Shown piece by piece: positions 38,119 to 48,042 of a stretch of 64,000 bases of DNA. The stretch's first letter is position 1. Each line of letters begins with the position of its first letter. A program made the position numbers and the translations under genes. The stretch lies in contig JAJPIG010000006.1 of the NCBI GenBank assembly GCA_021324855.1, forward strand, positions 32,344 to 96,343. The letters run 5' to 3'. The stretch comes from Pseudomonadota bacterium (GTDB lineage Bacteria; Desulfobacterota; Binatia; Binatales; Binataceae). The notes beneath the pieces are model-generated. The model was not told the DNA's origin and made no database searches. It was given only the letters and a program-made list of their open reading frames with translations.

Positions 38119-39120
38119 ATGCGATCGCACTCGCACAACGGCTCGCGCCGCACCCCCGGCAAGCGCGACTTTCTCGACCTGAGCTCGCTCAGCGCGGCCG
38201 AGTTGCAAGGCCTGCTGGGCCTCGGGCTCCGGCTCAAGTCCGAGTTAAAGAGCGGACTCGAGCATCCTTATTTGCGCGGACGCACGCTCGCGATGATCTT
38301 TCAAAAGCCGTCGTTGCGCACTCGCCTCACGTTTGAGACCGGGATGGCGCAACTTGGCGGACACGCCATTTACCTGGCGCCGGGCGATATTGGGATCGGC
38401 GAGCGCGAGTCGGTGAAGGATGTCGCGCGCAACCTGTCGCGCTGGGTCGACCTGATCATGGTGCGCACTTTTGCCCACTCCACCTGCGTCGAGCTCGCCC
38501 GCGAGGCCTCCGTGCCGGTTATCAACGGGCTCACCGATGCGCTTCACCCGTGCCAGCTCGTTGCCGACCTGATGACGTTGATTGAGCACTTCGGCGAAAT
38601 CCGCAAGCTCAAGGTCGCTTTCGTCGGCGACGGCTTCAATCTCGCGAATAGCTGGATCGAGGCCGCGGCGCTCACCGGCCTCGACCTGCGGTTGGCATGT
38701 CCGGCCGGCTACCAGCCCGAAAAAAGCTTCGTCGCGCGGCTGCGGCGCGAAAAGCTCGGCCTGCTGACCGACGATCCGGTCGAGGCGGTGCGTGACGCTG
38801 ATGTGATCTACACCGATACATGGACCTCGATGGGCCAGGAGGCCGAGGCGGAGCGCCGCCGCCGCGACTTTCGGGGTTTCCAGGTAAACCGTGCGCTGGT
38901 CCGTCATGCCGCGCGCGACGCGATCGTGATGCATTGCCTGCCGGCGCATCGCGGCGAGGAGATCACCGACGAACTGCTCGATGGCCCGCAATCGGTGGTA
39001 CTCGAGCAGGCCGAGAATCGGCTCCATGCGCAGAAAGCCGTGATGGTTTGGCTGCTGCGACCGGAGATTCTCGGCAGGCCTGCGGTGCCGGCAAATTCCA
39101 CCAAATCCGCGAGTCGCTGA
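38119..39120 (+). CDS. argF: ornithine carbamoyltransferase
   Basis: FQKPSLRTR carbamoyl-phosphate site and HCLP motif. Confidence 0.85.
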   Translation: MRSHSHNGSRRTPGKRDFLDLSSLSAAELQGLLGLGLRLKSELKSGLEHPYLRGRTLAMIFQKPSLRTRLTFETGMAQLGGHAIYLAPGDIGIGERESVKDVARNLSRWVDLIMVRTFAHSTCVELAREASVPVINGLTDALHPCQLVADLMTLIEHFGEIRKLKVAFVGDGFNLANSWIEAAALTGLDLRLACPAGYQPEKSFVARLRREKLGLLTDDPVEAVRDADVIYTDTWTSMGQEAEAERRRRDFRGFQVNRALVRHAARDAIVMHCLPAHRGEEITDELLDGPQSVVLEQAENRLHAQKAVMVWLLRPEILGRPAVPANSTKSASR

Positions 39121-39121
39121 A

Positions 39122-40327
39122 GTGGCTGAAGAGAAAATCGAAAAACTGGTGCTCGCCTACTCGGGCGGGCTCGATACGTCGGTCATTTTGCGATGGCTCC
39201 GCGACTACTACCGATGCGAGGTGGTCGCGTTCTGCGCCGATGTCGGTCAGGCCGAGGAGACCGAGGGCCTCGAAGCGAAGGCGCTTGCGACCGGCGCGAG
39301 CAAGCTCGTCATCGCGGACCTGCGCGAGGAGTTCGCGCGCGATTTCGTTTTTCCGATGATGCGCGCCAATGCGATCTATGAGGGCTACTATCTGCTTGGC
39401 ACTTCGATCGCGCGCCCGGTGATCGCCAAAGGCCAAGTCGCCGCTGCGCTCGCCGAGGGCGCCGACGCGGTCGCGCATGGCGCTACAGGCAAGGGCAATG
39501 ACCAGGTGCGGCTCGAGCTCGCCTATGCGCGTCTCGCCCCCCAGCTCAAAGTCATTGCGCCCTGGCGTCATCCGGAGTGGCCGTTCAAGGGCCGCGCCGA
39601 CATGATCGCTTACGCCGCCGAGAAGCGAATCCCGGTGCCGGTCACTGCCGAGAAGCCCTATTCGATGGATCGCAACCTCGTGCACGTGAGTTACGAGGGC
39701 GGCATTCTCGAAGACCCCTGGCGCGAACCATACAACGACATGTTCCGGATGACCGTGGCGCCCGAAGAGGCGCCCGATCGTCCTGAGTACGTCGAGGTGG
39801 CGTTCGAGGCTGGCAACCCGGTTGCAATTAACGGTGAGCGACTGTCGCCGGCGCGGCTAATCGCGCGCGCCAACGAAATCGGCGGACGGCACGGCGTAGG
39901 GCGGGTGGACCTGGTCGAGAACCGCTATGTAGGAATGAAGTCGCGCGGCGTTTACGAGAGCCCCGGCATCACGATCCTTATGCATGCTCATCGCGCGGTC
40001 GAACAGCTCGCGCTCGATCGAGAAACGATGCATTTGCGCGACTCGCTCGTAACACGCTATGCCGAGATGGTCTACTACGGCTACTGGTTCGCTCCCGAAC
40101 GCGAAGCGCTGCAGGCGCTGATCGATGCGGCACAGATGAACGTCGTCGGCACGGCGCGGCTGAAGCTCTACAAGGGCGGCGTCTGGATCGCGGGGCGCAG
40201 GTCGCCGGCTTCGCTATACGATCCGCAAATCGCGAGTTTCGAGGAGGCGGGAGGTTACCGCCAGGGTGATGCCGAGGGATTCATCCGACTTGCCGCACTG
40301 CGTTTGCGTGCGCGTCGGCGTGATTAA
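39122..40327 (+). CDS. argG: argininosuccinate synthase
   Basis: GTG start; [15 protein letters not shown]-loop. Confidence 0.85.
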   Translation: MAEEKIEKLVLAYSGGLDTSVILRWLRDYYRCEVVAFCADVGQAEETEGLEAKALATGASKLVIADLREEFARDFVFPMMRANAIYEGYYLLGTSIARPVIAKGQVAAALAEGADAVAHGATGKGNDQVRLELAYARLAPQLKVIAPWRHPEWPFKGRADMIAYAAEKRIPVPVTAEKPYSMDRNLVHVSYEGGILEDPWREPYNDMFRMTVAPEEAPDRPEYVEVAFEAGNPVAINGERLSPARLIARANEIGGRHGVGRVDLVENRYVGMKSRGVYESPGITILMHAHRAVEQLALDRETMHLRDSLVTRYAEMVYYGYWFAPEREALQALIDAAQMNVVGTARLKLYKGGVWIAGRRSPASLYDPQIASFEEAGGYRQGDAEGFIRLAALRLRARRRD

Positions 40328-40365
40328 GGGGCTGCGCGCCGGTGGCGGAAGGGAACTGACGCATC

Positions 40366-40539
40366 TTGGGCAAGGTCATCCCGTTCAAGGCGCGGCGGCC
40401 CTCACCGAAGCTCGTGCCTCGCACGAAGGCCGCGGAGTGTCCCAAATGCGGTCACAGGATGGACGTGCACGTTACGCATCCGAACGGCTCGATGACGTGC
40501 GCGGCGCGCGGCTGTCCCTGCTACACGCCGCCGCGATGA
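40366..40539 (+). CDS. candidate small zinc-ribbon protein (57 aa; below ORF-track threshold)
   Basis: Hand translation of the argG-argH gap gives ...AECPKCGHRMDVHVTHPNGSMTCAARGCPCYTPPR*, a CxxC-17-CxxxxCxC motif; TTG at 40366 sits ~10 nt after GGAAGGGAA, GTG at 40414 is an alternative. Confidence 0.25.
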   Translation: MGKVIPFKARRPSPKLVPRTKAAECPKCGHRMDVHVTHPNGSMTCAARGCPCYTPPR

Positions 40540-40590
40540 GCCTCCACTTGCTCTACGGAATGGTTTCGGTCAAGTTCAAGCGCTTTCCTC

Positions 40591-42009
40591 GTGGATAATC
40601 CTCAGACGACTCGGGGCGGGCCGGACGCGCGCAAAAGCGCCGCCACGCGCAATTTGATCCGTTCCCGTTTTGCGGGCGGGCGGCTGCCCGAGGTCGAGAA
40701 CTTTACCGCCTCGCTGCCGTTCGATCGGCGGCTCTATCGGCACGACATTCGCGGCTCGATCGCGCACGCGCGGATGCTGGCCAGGGTGGGCCTGCTGACG
40801 CGGGGCGAGGAACGCAGGATCGTAGCGGGACTCGGCGCGATCGAGCGCGAGATCGCCGATGGCCGCTTTCATTTCGATGTTGCGGATGAGGACATTCATC
40901 TCGCGATCGAGCGGCGCTTGATCGCCAGGATTGGCGACGCCGGCCGCAAGCTGCACACTGCGCGATCGCGCAACGACCAGGTCGCGCTCGATCTGCGGCT
41001 TTTTTTGCGCGACGAACTCCGCGAAGTCATTGCGGTGCTGGGCCGCCTGCGCGGCGCGCTCACGGCGCTCGCGCGGCGGCATCTGAACACCGTGATGCCC
41101 GGTTATACCCATCTGCAGCGGGCGCAGCCGGTTTCGCTGGCCCATCATCTGCTCGCCTATGTTGAGATGTTCGAGCGGGATCGCGAAAGATTTGAACAGG
41201 CGCTGGAGCGCACCGACGTGATGCCGCTCGGAGCCGGCGCGCTGGCGGCCACCACGCTCCCGATTGACCGGCGCGCCGTCGCCCGCGCGCTTGGCTTTCG
41301 ACGCATCAGCGAAAACAGCATCGATGCGGTCTCGGATCGCGATTTCGTGCTGGATTTCCTTTCGGCATCCGCGATCGCGGCGATGCATCTGTCGCGGATG
41401 GCCGAGGAGATCATCCTGTGGTCGTCGGCTGAATTCGGGTTCATCGAATTGCCCGATGCGTTTGCCACTGGCAGCTCGATGATGCCGCAGAAAAAGAATC
41501 CCGACCTGCTCGAGCTGATTCGCGGGCGTAGTGGCCGCGTCGCCGGCGACCTGCTCGCGATGCTGGTGGTGATGAAGGGGCTGCCGCTCGCGTACAATTC
41601 CGACTTGCAGGAGGACAAGGAACGCGTCTTCGATGCGCTCGATACAATCAGGCCCGCGCTCGACCTGATGGCCAGGCTATGGCCGCGAATCCAGTTCCGT
41701 ACGGACGCGATGCGCGCAGCCGCGGGCGGTTTCACGCTCGCCACCGACCTCGCCGAATATCTCGTGCGCCGCGGCGTGCCATTTCGCGAAGCGCACGGGA
41801 TCATCGGGCGGATGGTGCGCGAGGTCGCGGCAAGCGGCCGATCGCTTGAGCAACTTGGAGCCGAAGAGTTAAGGCGTTACTCGCCGCGCTTCGGCCGTGA
41901 TGCAATAAAGATCCTCTCAGTGGACCATTCGCTTGCCGCGCGCACCGTGATTGGCGGACCGGCGCCGCGTACAGTGCGGCGGCGAATCGAAGAACTCGAA
42001 CGCAAATGA
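40591..42009 (+). CDS. argH: argininosuccinate lyase
   Basis: Fumarate-lyase signature GSSMMPQKKNPD; GTG start. Confidence 0.85.
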   Translation: MDNPQTTRGGPDARKSAATRNLIRSRFAGGRLPEVENFTASLPFDRRLYRHDIRGSIAHARMLARVGLLTRGEERRIVAGLGAIEREIADGRFHFDVADEDIHLAIERRLIARIGDAGRKLHTARSRNDQVALDLRLFLRDELREVIAVLGRLRGALTALARRHLNTVMPGYTHLQRAQPVSLAHHLLAYVEMFERDRERFEQALERTDVMPLGAGALAATTLPIDRRAVARALGFRRISENSIDAVSDRDFVLDFLSASAIAAMHLSRMAEEIILWSSAEFGFIELPDAFATGSSMMPQKKNPDLLELIRGRSGRVAGDLLAMLVVMKGLPLAYNSDLQEDKERVFDALDTIRPALDLMARLWPRIQFRTDAMRAAAGGFTLATDLAEYLVRRGVPFREAHGIIGRMVREVAASGRSLEQLGAEELRRYSPRFGRDAIKILSVDHSLAARTVIGGPAPRTVRRRIEELERK

Positions 42010-42560
42010 AAGCCCGAATTAATTCGACATTTTTTCTCGTTGCGTTATTTTTGCTTGCCGCGATCGCTCCGGGATGCGGTGTAAAAAGCGAGCCGATTCC
42101 ACCCGAAGCGGCGCGGCCGCAGCAAATCCTCGACCTCGAGGCGATTCCCGAACGGCGCGGAATCCAGTTGAGCTGGAGCCGCCCGGAGCAATACGCGAAC
42201 GGCCAATCGATGCACGATCTCGGAGGATTTACGATCATGCGCGCCGAAGGGCCGGATCAGTATCAACCAATCGTGGAGGTGCCGATCACCGATCAGGGGC
42301 GGTTCCAAGTCGCCAGCCGCTTCACCTACACCGATAACACTGCCGTACCGAATCATTATTACCGGTATGAGGTGGTGTCGCACACCAGCGACGGCTACAA
42401 GAGCCTGCCCTCGAATGAAGCGTCGCTGCAATACATCCGCCCGCAGCCGGTAATTCCGCCCGCGCCCGCCAGTGCGGCGGAATCGGCGAATCCCGCGCCG
42501 TCTGCGCCAATCGCTCATCTTCACGCTGCACCGCCACCGCCGTTGCCGCCCGTTCCATAG
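42006..42560 (+). CDS. lipoprotein with Ig/FN3-like beta domain and Pro-rich tail
   Basis: Lipobox IAPGC; ATGA overlap with the argH stop; upstream of lysA-dapF, where LptM/LppL-type lipoproteins sit in other genomes. Confidence 0.6.
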   Translation: MKARINSTFFLVALFLLAAIAPGCGVKSEPIPPEAARPQQILDLEAIPERRGIQLSWSRPEQYANGQSMHDLGGFTIMRAEGPDQYQPIVEVPITDQGRFQVASRFTYTDNTAVPNHYYRYEVVSHTSDGYKSLPSNEASLQYIRPQPVIPPAPASAAESANPAPSAPIAHLHAAPPPPLPPVP

Positions 42561-42644
42561 CGATTTTTGCCCGCATTAACGGCTGTGATATGAATCACTG
42601 TCAATCAGGCTGCCGTCATGCGGCAGGCCTGATTTCCTAACTCG

Positions 42645-43913
42645 ATGAACTACTTCGAATATCGCAATCGCGTTCTCCATGCCGAAGACGTACCGGTGAG
42701 CGAAATCGCCGCCCGTTTCGGCACCCCGGTTTACATTTACAGCGCGCGTACCCTGCGCCGTCATTTCCGCGTGATGCGCGAGGCGTTCGGCGGCGCCGAC
42801 CTGCTCATCTGCTATGCGATGAAGGCGCTCTCGAACCTGAGCATCCTGCAACTGTTTGCGAAGATGGGCTCCGGATTCGATATCGTGTCCGGCGGCGAGC
42901 TGATGCGGTGTCTTAAGGCCGGCGCCGATCCGAAGACGATCGTTTTTTCGGGCGTGGGCAAGACCGACGATGAAATCACGGCGGCGCTCAAGACCGGCAT
43001 CCTGATGATTAACGTCGAATCGCGCCCCGAGCTGCACCGCATCGCAGAGATCGCGGCGCGCCTGAAGCTCCGCGCGCCGGTCAGCCTGCGGGTCAACCCT
43101 GATCTCGATCCGCACACGCATCCGCACATCTCCACCGGCCATCGCACGAGCAAGTTCGGCGTGCCCCTGTCAGAGATCTTCGATTACTACGCGGATGCGC
43201 GGACGCTGAGCAGCCTTGAGGTCATCGGTCTCAGCACGCACATCGGGTCACAGATAACGGAGCTCGAACCCTTTACTGAAGCGACCGGCAAGATCGCCGG
43301 AATCGTCGAAGGGCTGCGCGCGGACGGCCTAGCGCTGCGTTACCTCGATATGGGAGGCGGCCTCGGCATTCCGTACCAGGAGGAATCGCCACCGCCCTCC
43401 GAGTACGCGGCGGCGCTGCTGAAACGGCTCGGCGGACTGGGGCTCAAGTTGATCATCGAGCCCGGCCGGATGATGGTCGGCAACGCAGGCATCCTGGTGA
43501 CGCGCGTCCTCTACATCAAGGACACCGACGTCAAGCGCTTTGTCGTGATCGACGGCGCGATGAACGATTTGCTCCGCCCGGTGCTCTACGAGGCTTACCA
43601 CGAAATTCGGCCCGTGGATGCGCGTGCATCGCGTCCATCGGTGACCGCCGATATCGTCGGCCCGGTCTGCGAAAGCGGCGATTTCTTTGCGCAAGCGCGC
43701 GAGATCCCGGAGCCGCATCCGGGGGACCTGCTGGCCGTAATGAGCGCGGGGGCGTATGGTTTCGTGATGGCCTCGAACTACAACAGCCGGCCGCGGGCCG
43801 CCGAGCTGCTGGTCGACGGCCGCCAGGTCCACCTTATTCGACATCGAGAGACCTTCGAGGATCTGGTCCGTGGCGAGCCGCTCGTCGATGTACCGGCCGA
43901 TGGCAACGCTTGA
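42645..43913 (+). CDS. lysA: diaminopimelate decarboxylase
   Basis: Alanine-racemase-fold PLP decarboxylase; CYAMKAL..., GGGLGIPY and CESGD motifs. Confidence 0.85.
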   Translation: MNYFEYRNRVLHAEDVPVSEIAARFGTPVYIYSARTLRRHFRVMREAFGGADLLICYAMKALSNLSILQLFAKMGSGFDIVSGGELMRCLKAGADPKTIVFSGVGKTDDEITAALKTGILMINVESRPELHRIAEIAARLKLRAPVSLRVNPDLDPHTHPHISTGHRTSKFGVPLSEIFDYYADARTLSSLEVIGLSTHIGSQITELEPFTEATGKIAGIVEGLRADGLALRYLDMGGGLGIPYQEESPPPSEYAAALLKRLGGLGLKLIIEPGRMMVGNAGILVTRVLYIKDTDVKRFVVIDGAMNDLLRPVLYEAYHEIRPVDARASRPSVTADIVGPVCESGDFFAQAREIPEPHPGDLLAVMSAGAYGFVMASNYNSRPRAAELLVDGRQVHLIRHRETFEDLVRGEPLVDVPADGNA

Positions 43914-44796
43914 ATTCGTAAAGATGCACGGCTGCGGCAACGACTACATCTATGTCGTCGCCGACCGCATGCGTCCCGCCGATCCCGCGGCGCTCGCCCG
44001 TCGGGTCTCTGACCGCCGCTTCGGAGTCGGCGGCGACGGGCTGATCATGCTGACACCGTCGCGGCGTGCCGACATCGCGATGGAGATGTACAATGCCGAC
44101 GGCAGCCGCGGCGAGATGTGCGGCAACGGCATCCGATGTCTCGCGCGCCTTGCCTGGGAGCGGCGGCTCGTCGCGAAAAATCCACTCGCGATCGAGACCG
44201 ACGCAGGGGTGAAGCACGTTGCGCTCAAGCTCGATCCCTCGGGTCGCGTCCTTGAGGCAACCGTCGACATGGGTGAGCCGATCCTCGAGGGCCGCGAGAT
44301 TCCGGCGGCTGCCGATGGACCAATCATCGACTATCCGCTGCAGGCGGCCGATCGAACCGAAAAAATCACTGCGGTCTCGATGGGTAATCCGCATTGTGTG
44401 ATTTTCGTCGCCGATGACGCGGTATTTAAGCTGAGCGACCACGACTTCGCCGAGCTCGGCGGCAAATTCGAGAAACATCCGTTCTTTCCGCGCCGCGTTA
44501 ACACCGAGTTCGTCCTGCCGCTGACCCGCGATCGCCTCCGGATGAGAGTTTTCGAGCGCGGTTCGGGCGAGACGCTCGCCTGTGGGACGGGCGCCTGTGC
44601 GGCCGTCGTCGCGGCGGCGCTGACCGGCCGGGCGGCCCGGCGTGCTACAGTGGAGCTTCGCGGGGGCAATCTCGCGATCGAGTGGCGCGAAGGGGGCGAG
44701 CACAACAATCACGTGTTCATGACGGGCGAGGCGGTTGAAGTGTTTCGAGGCGAAATCGAAGTGGATGCCGGCGAGCTGGTGGCGTCTGCGGGCTAA
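43900..44796 (+). CDS. dapF: diaminopimelate epimerase
   Basis: FVKMHGCGNDYIYV and GNPHCVIFV motifs with both catalytic Cys; start overlaps the lysA end. Confidence 0.85.
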   Translation: MATLEFVKMHGCGNDYIYVVADRMRPADPAALARRVSDRRFGVGGDGLIMLTPSRRADIAMEMYNADGSRGEMCGNGIRCLARLAWERRLVAKNPLAIETDAGVKHVALKLDPSGRVLEATVDMGEPILEGREIPAAADGPIIDYPLQAADRTEKITAVSMGNPHCVIFVADDAVFKLSDHDFAELGGKFEKHPFFPRRVNTEFVLPLTRDRLRMRVFERGSGETLACGTGACAAVVAAALTGRAARRATVELRGGNLAIEWREGGEHNNHVFMTGEAVEVFRGEIEVDAGELVASAG

Positions 44797-44811
44797 GCGG
44801 AGGTAACGGTG

Positions 44812-45684
44812 ATGTTCAGTGGTGCGTTATCGGCAATCGTGACCCCGTTTCGTGATGGCGCAATCGACGAAGCGGCCCTGCGCGAGCTGATCGAATGGCA
44901 GATCCAGAGCGGCATAGACGGCATCGTCGCCTGCGGCTCGACCGGCGAATCCGCCACGATGAGCCACGCCGAACACGAGCGGGTAATTAAGCTCACCGTC
45001 GATGCCGCCCGCAAGCGCATCCCGATCCTCGCCGGCACCGGCTCCAATTCGACGGCCGAGGCGCTCAGGCTGACGAGCTTCGCGCGCGAGGTCGGCGCCG
45101 ATGGCGCGCTCATGATCTCGCCCTACTACAACAAGCCCACCCAGGAAGGAATCTACAAGCACTTCAAAACCATCGCGACGACGGTCGATCTTCCGATCAT
45201 CGTCTACAACATCCCGAGCCGCACCGGCTCCAACATTCTGCCCGAAACTTTCGCCCGGATGTGCGACGTGAAGAACATCGTCTGCATTAAGGAGGCGAGC
45301 GGGTCGATCGATCAGATCTCGGACATTCGCCGGCTGTGCGGCGATCGGCTAACGATCCTAGCCGGGGACGATTCGTTCACGCTGCCGGACATGGCGCTCG
45401 GCGGCAAAGGCGTGATCTCGGTGATCAGCAACGTGATGCCGCGCGAGACGCACGAACTGGTGGCGGCGGCGCTGGCCGGCGATTTCGCGCGCGCCCGCGA
45501 CATTCATTTCCGGCTCCTGCCGCTGATGCGCGCGCTGTTCATCGAGACCAATCCGATTCCGGTCAAGATGGCGCTTGCGCTGATGGGCAAGTGCAGCCCG
45601 GAGATGCGGATGCCGCTGTTGCAACTGACCGGCGGCGCGACCGAGAAGCTGCGCTCCGTGATGAAGGAACTGCGCCTGATCTGA
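44812..45684 (+). CDS. dapA: 4-hydroxy-tetrahydrodipicolinate synthase
   Basis: GGAGG RBS 10 nt upstream; AIVTPF...GSTGES...YNKP...catalytic-Lys region. Confidence 0.85.
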   Translation: MFSGALSAIVTPFRDGAIDEAALRELIEWQIQSGIDGIVACGSTGESATMSHAEHERVIKLTVDAARKRIPILAGTGSNSTAEALRLTSFAREVGADGALMISPYYNKPTQEGIYKHFKTIATTVDLPIIVYNIPSRTGSNILPETFARMCDVKNIVCIKEASGSIDQISDIRRLCGDRLTILAGDDSFTLPDMALGGKGVISVISNVMPRETHELVAAALAGDFARARDIHFRLLPLMRALFIETNPIPVKMALALMGKCSPEMRMPLLQLTGGATEKLRSVMKELRLI

Positions 45685-45698
45685 CCGTCCGCGTTGAT

Positions 45699-46784
45699 TC
45701 AGAAAGTCAGGACGGTGCGCGCCACCTCGCCCGCCTTCATCGCGCGGAACGCCTCGTTCACATCCTCGAGCGCGCCGCGCTTAGTGATCATGTCATCGAG
45801 GTTGAGCCGTCCCTGCATGTAGAGATCGATGTAGCGGGGCATATCGACCCGGAAGCGATTCGATCCCATGTTGCAGCCCTGCAACCGGCGCTCGCCCCAG
45901 AAGAGCGAAAAGCCGTCGACCTCGACCTTCTGACCGATCGGGATCATCCCGACGATGGTTGCGACGCCGCCGGGTGCGAGCGCCTCGAAGGCCTGTTCAG
46001 CTACCGCCTTGAGCCCGATTGCCTCGAACGAGTACTGCACGCCGCCGCGCACGATCCCTCGGATCGCGCCGACCGGGTCACCCTGGGAAGCGTCGACCGC
46101 ATGCGTCGCGCCGAGCCGCTTCGCCAGGGCGAGCTTGGATTCGTGCATATCGACGGCGATGATGACGCGCGCGCCCGCCAGCCGCGCTCCCTGGATCGCA
46201 GCGAGGCCGACGCCGCCCGCGCCGAACACCGCCACCGTCGAGCCGGCCTCGATCTTCGCGGTGTTCAGCACTGCGCCGAGCCCCGTGGTCACGCCGCAGC
46301 CGATGAGCGCGGCGCGATCGAGCGGCATCGCCTCCGGAATCTTCACCAGCGCGTTTTCATGCACCAGGATTTTCTCGGCATAGCCGGAGATTTCGAGGAA
46401 CTGGAAGACCGGCTTGCCGCCGGCTAAAAGCCTCGGTTTTGCGGCAGGCGGACGCTGCGTGGCGCTGCGGTTGTAGCATCGATTTGGATGGCCGGTAAGG
46501 CACTGCTCGCAGTAACCGCAGAAGACCGACAGGCAGGCGATCACGTGATCGCCCGGCTTGAGATATGTAACGCCGGGCCCGACCTGCTCGACGACGCCGG
46601 CGGCTTCATGACCGAGCACGGCGGGCGTCGGATGCGGGTAGAGCCCGTCGACAAAATGCAGATCGCTATGACAGACACCGCACGCAGCGGTCTTCACCAG
46701 CACTTCGCGGTCCTGCGGCGCATCGATCTCGACTTCCTCGATCGACAGCGGCTGGTTGGGTCCGCGGAACATCGCTGCCCTCAT
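45699..46784 (-). CDS. zinc-dependent alcohol dehydrogenase (class III / formaldehyde-DH-like)
   Basis: CGVCHSDLH, GHEAAGVVEQVGPGV zinc ligands and GAGGVGLAA Rossmann motif. Confidence 0.8.
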   Translation of the reverse strand: MRAAMFRGPNQPLSIEEVEIDAPQDREVLVKTAACGVCHSDLHFVDGLYPHPTPAVLGHEAAGVVEQVGPGVTYLKPGDHVIACLSVFCGYCEQCLTGHPNRCYNRSATQRPPAAKPRLLAGGKPVFQFLEISGYAEKILVHENALVKIPEAMPLDRAALIGCGVTTGLGAVLNTAKIEAGSTVAVFGAGGVGLAAIQGARLAGARVIIAVDMHESKLALAKRLGATHAVDASQGDPVGAIRGIVRGGVQYSFEAIGLKAVAEQAFEALAPGGVATIVGMIPIGQKVEVDGFSLFWGERRLQGCNMGSNRFRVDMPRYIDLYMQGRLNLDDMITKRGALEDVNEAFRAMKAGEVARTVLTF

Positions 46785-46860
46785 CGGCTGCTCCTGTAAC
46801 TTGTCGTGCGCGCGTTGCACTCCCGCGCATGTTCGTCGCCGTCGCTCGTCAATCCGCGGA

Positions 46861-47694
46861 CTACTTGCGGCCGGCTATACAGATGGTTTCGTTGCGCAGA
46901 CGCAGGACGCCGCCCTCGGTAAAGGCGCGCGCCTCGCCGATGACCGCATCGACCACGCGCTTGCGCGTCGCCGCGTCGAGCTGGTCCATCATCATGCGGT
47001 AGGGCGTGGCGACGTCATAGCGGAACTGCGCGAAATCCTCGGGCGACTTGAACTCATACGTGATGTTCATTGGTTCGATCACGATGTCGCTGAAGCCTGC
47101 GTCCTTGAACGAGCGCTCCAACGCCATGCGATCGCTCAGCCGGCACGGATCGGGACTGCCGGGCGGCGGCGGAGGCAAATTAGCGATCTTGCGCGCGCTC
47201 TCGCTGGCAAGGCTTATCATAGGGACCTTGTCGGGCGTGCTCCAGACGGCGGCTGCGAGCCGCCCACCGTCGACCAGAAGTCCGCGCATTCGGCGCAGAG
47301 CTCCGGTCAAGTCAGGGATGAACATAAGGCCCCATCGGCACACGATGGCGTTAAAGTCGCGCTCAGGGATGTCGATGGTTTCGGCATCCAGATGACGGAA
47401 CTCGATGTTCTTAAGCCCGAGCTGCACTGCTCGCTTACGCGCCGCCTCGATCATCCCGGACGAACGATCGACCGCGAGCACCTTGCCGCTGGGACCGACC
47501 TTGCGCGCGGCGGTCACGGCGGGCTCGCCGATTCCGGTCGCGATATCGAGCACGCGCGATCCGGGCTGAACGCCGGCCAGCTCGATCAGACGGTCACTCA
47601 CAACCTGTGCGGCGCGCTCGAACGTCTGCCACCATTTCGTCCATCCCGCAGCGGCCTCATCCCAATTGCGGCTCAAATCAACTGCTTCAGGCAT
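46861..47694 (-). CDS. class I SAM-dependent methyltransferase
   Basis: VLDIATGIGE motif I; ~277 aa. Confidence 0.75.
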   Translation of the reverse strand: MPEAVDLSRNWDEAAAGWTKWWQTFERAAQVVSDRLIELAGVQPGSRVLDIATGIGEPAVTAARKVGPSGKVLAVDRSSGMIEAARKRAVQLGLKNIEFRHLDAETIDIPERDFNAIVCRWGLMFIPDLTGALRRMRGLLVDGGRLAAAVWSTPDKVPMISLASESARKIANLPPPPPGSPDPCRLSDRMALERSFKDAGFSDIVIEPMNITYEFKSPEDFAQFRYDVATPYRMMMDQLDAATRKRVVDAVIGEARAFTEGGVLRLRNETICIAGRK

Positions 47695-47698
47695 CGGA

Positions 47699-47968
47699 CT
47701 AAATTCCTTTCTTCAATTCGGGCGCCGGCCGAAAGCCGATGGTGCGGATGGCCGGGATAGTCATCGGGGTCCGGGTGCGGGGATTGAAGCCGGGCCGCGC
47801 CCGATGGCGGCGCACGGAAAAGGTACCGAACCCGGGAACCCAGAATCGTTTGTCCTTGCGAATCGCCCGCGCGATCAGATCGAAAGCCGAATCGATCGTG
47901 ATGGCGACTTTCGCCTTAGGTTGGCGCGTCGTCCGCGCCACTGCCTCAATCAGATCCGCCTTAGTCAT
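47699..47968 (-). CDS. HU/IHF-family DNA-binding protein
   Basis: MTKADLIEAVA...GFGTFSVRRHRARPGFNPRTRTPMTIPA arm motif. Confidence 0.8.
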   Translation of the reverse strand: MTKADLIEAVARTTRQPKAKVAITIDSAFDLIARAIRKDKRFWVPGFGTFSVRRHRARPGFNPRTRTPMTIPAIRTIGFRPAPELKKGI

Positions 47969-48042
47969 GGCGGCCCCTCCCAATGGTCCCTTCCGTACAG
48001 CGGGTGTATCACGAACGCAAGCGATCTATGAAGCCGCGAATC

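Noticed and set aside
40266-40598. 110-aa ORF spanning the argG-argH spacer
   Set aside because: Arg-rich, no motifs and poor start context; the alternative frame holding a zinc-ribbon-like mini-ORF is more plausible and is reported separately.
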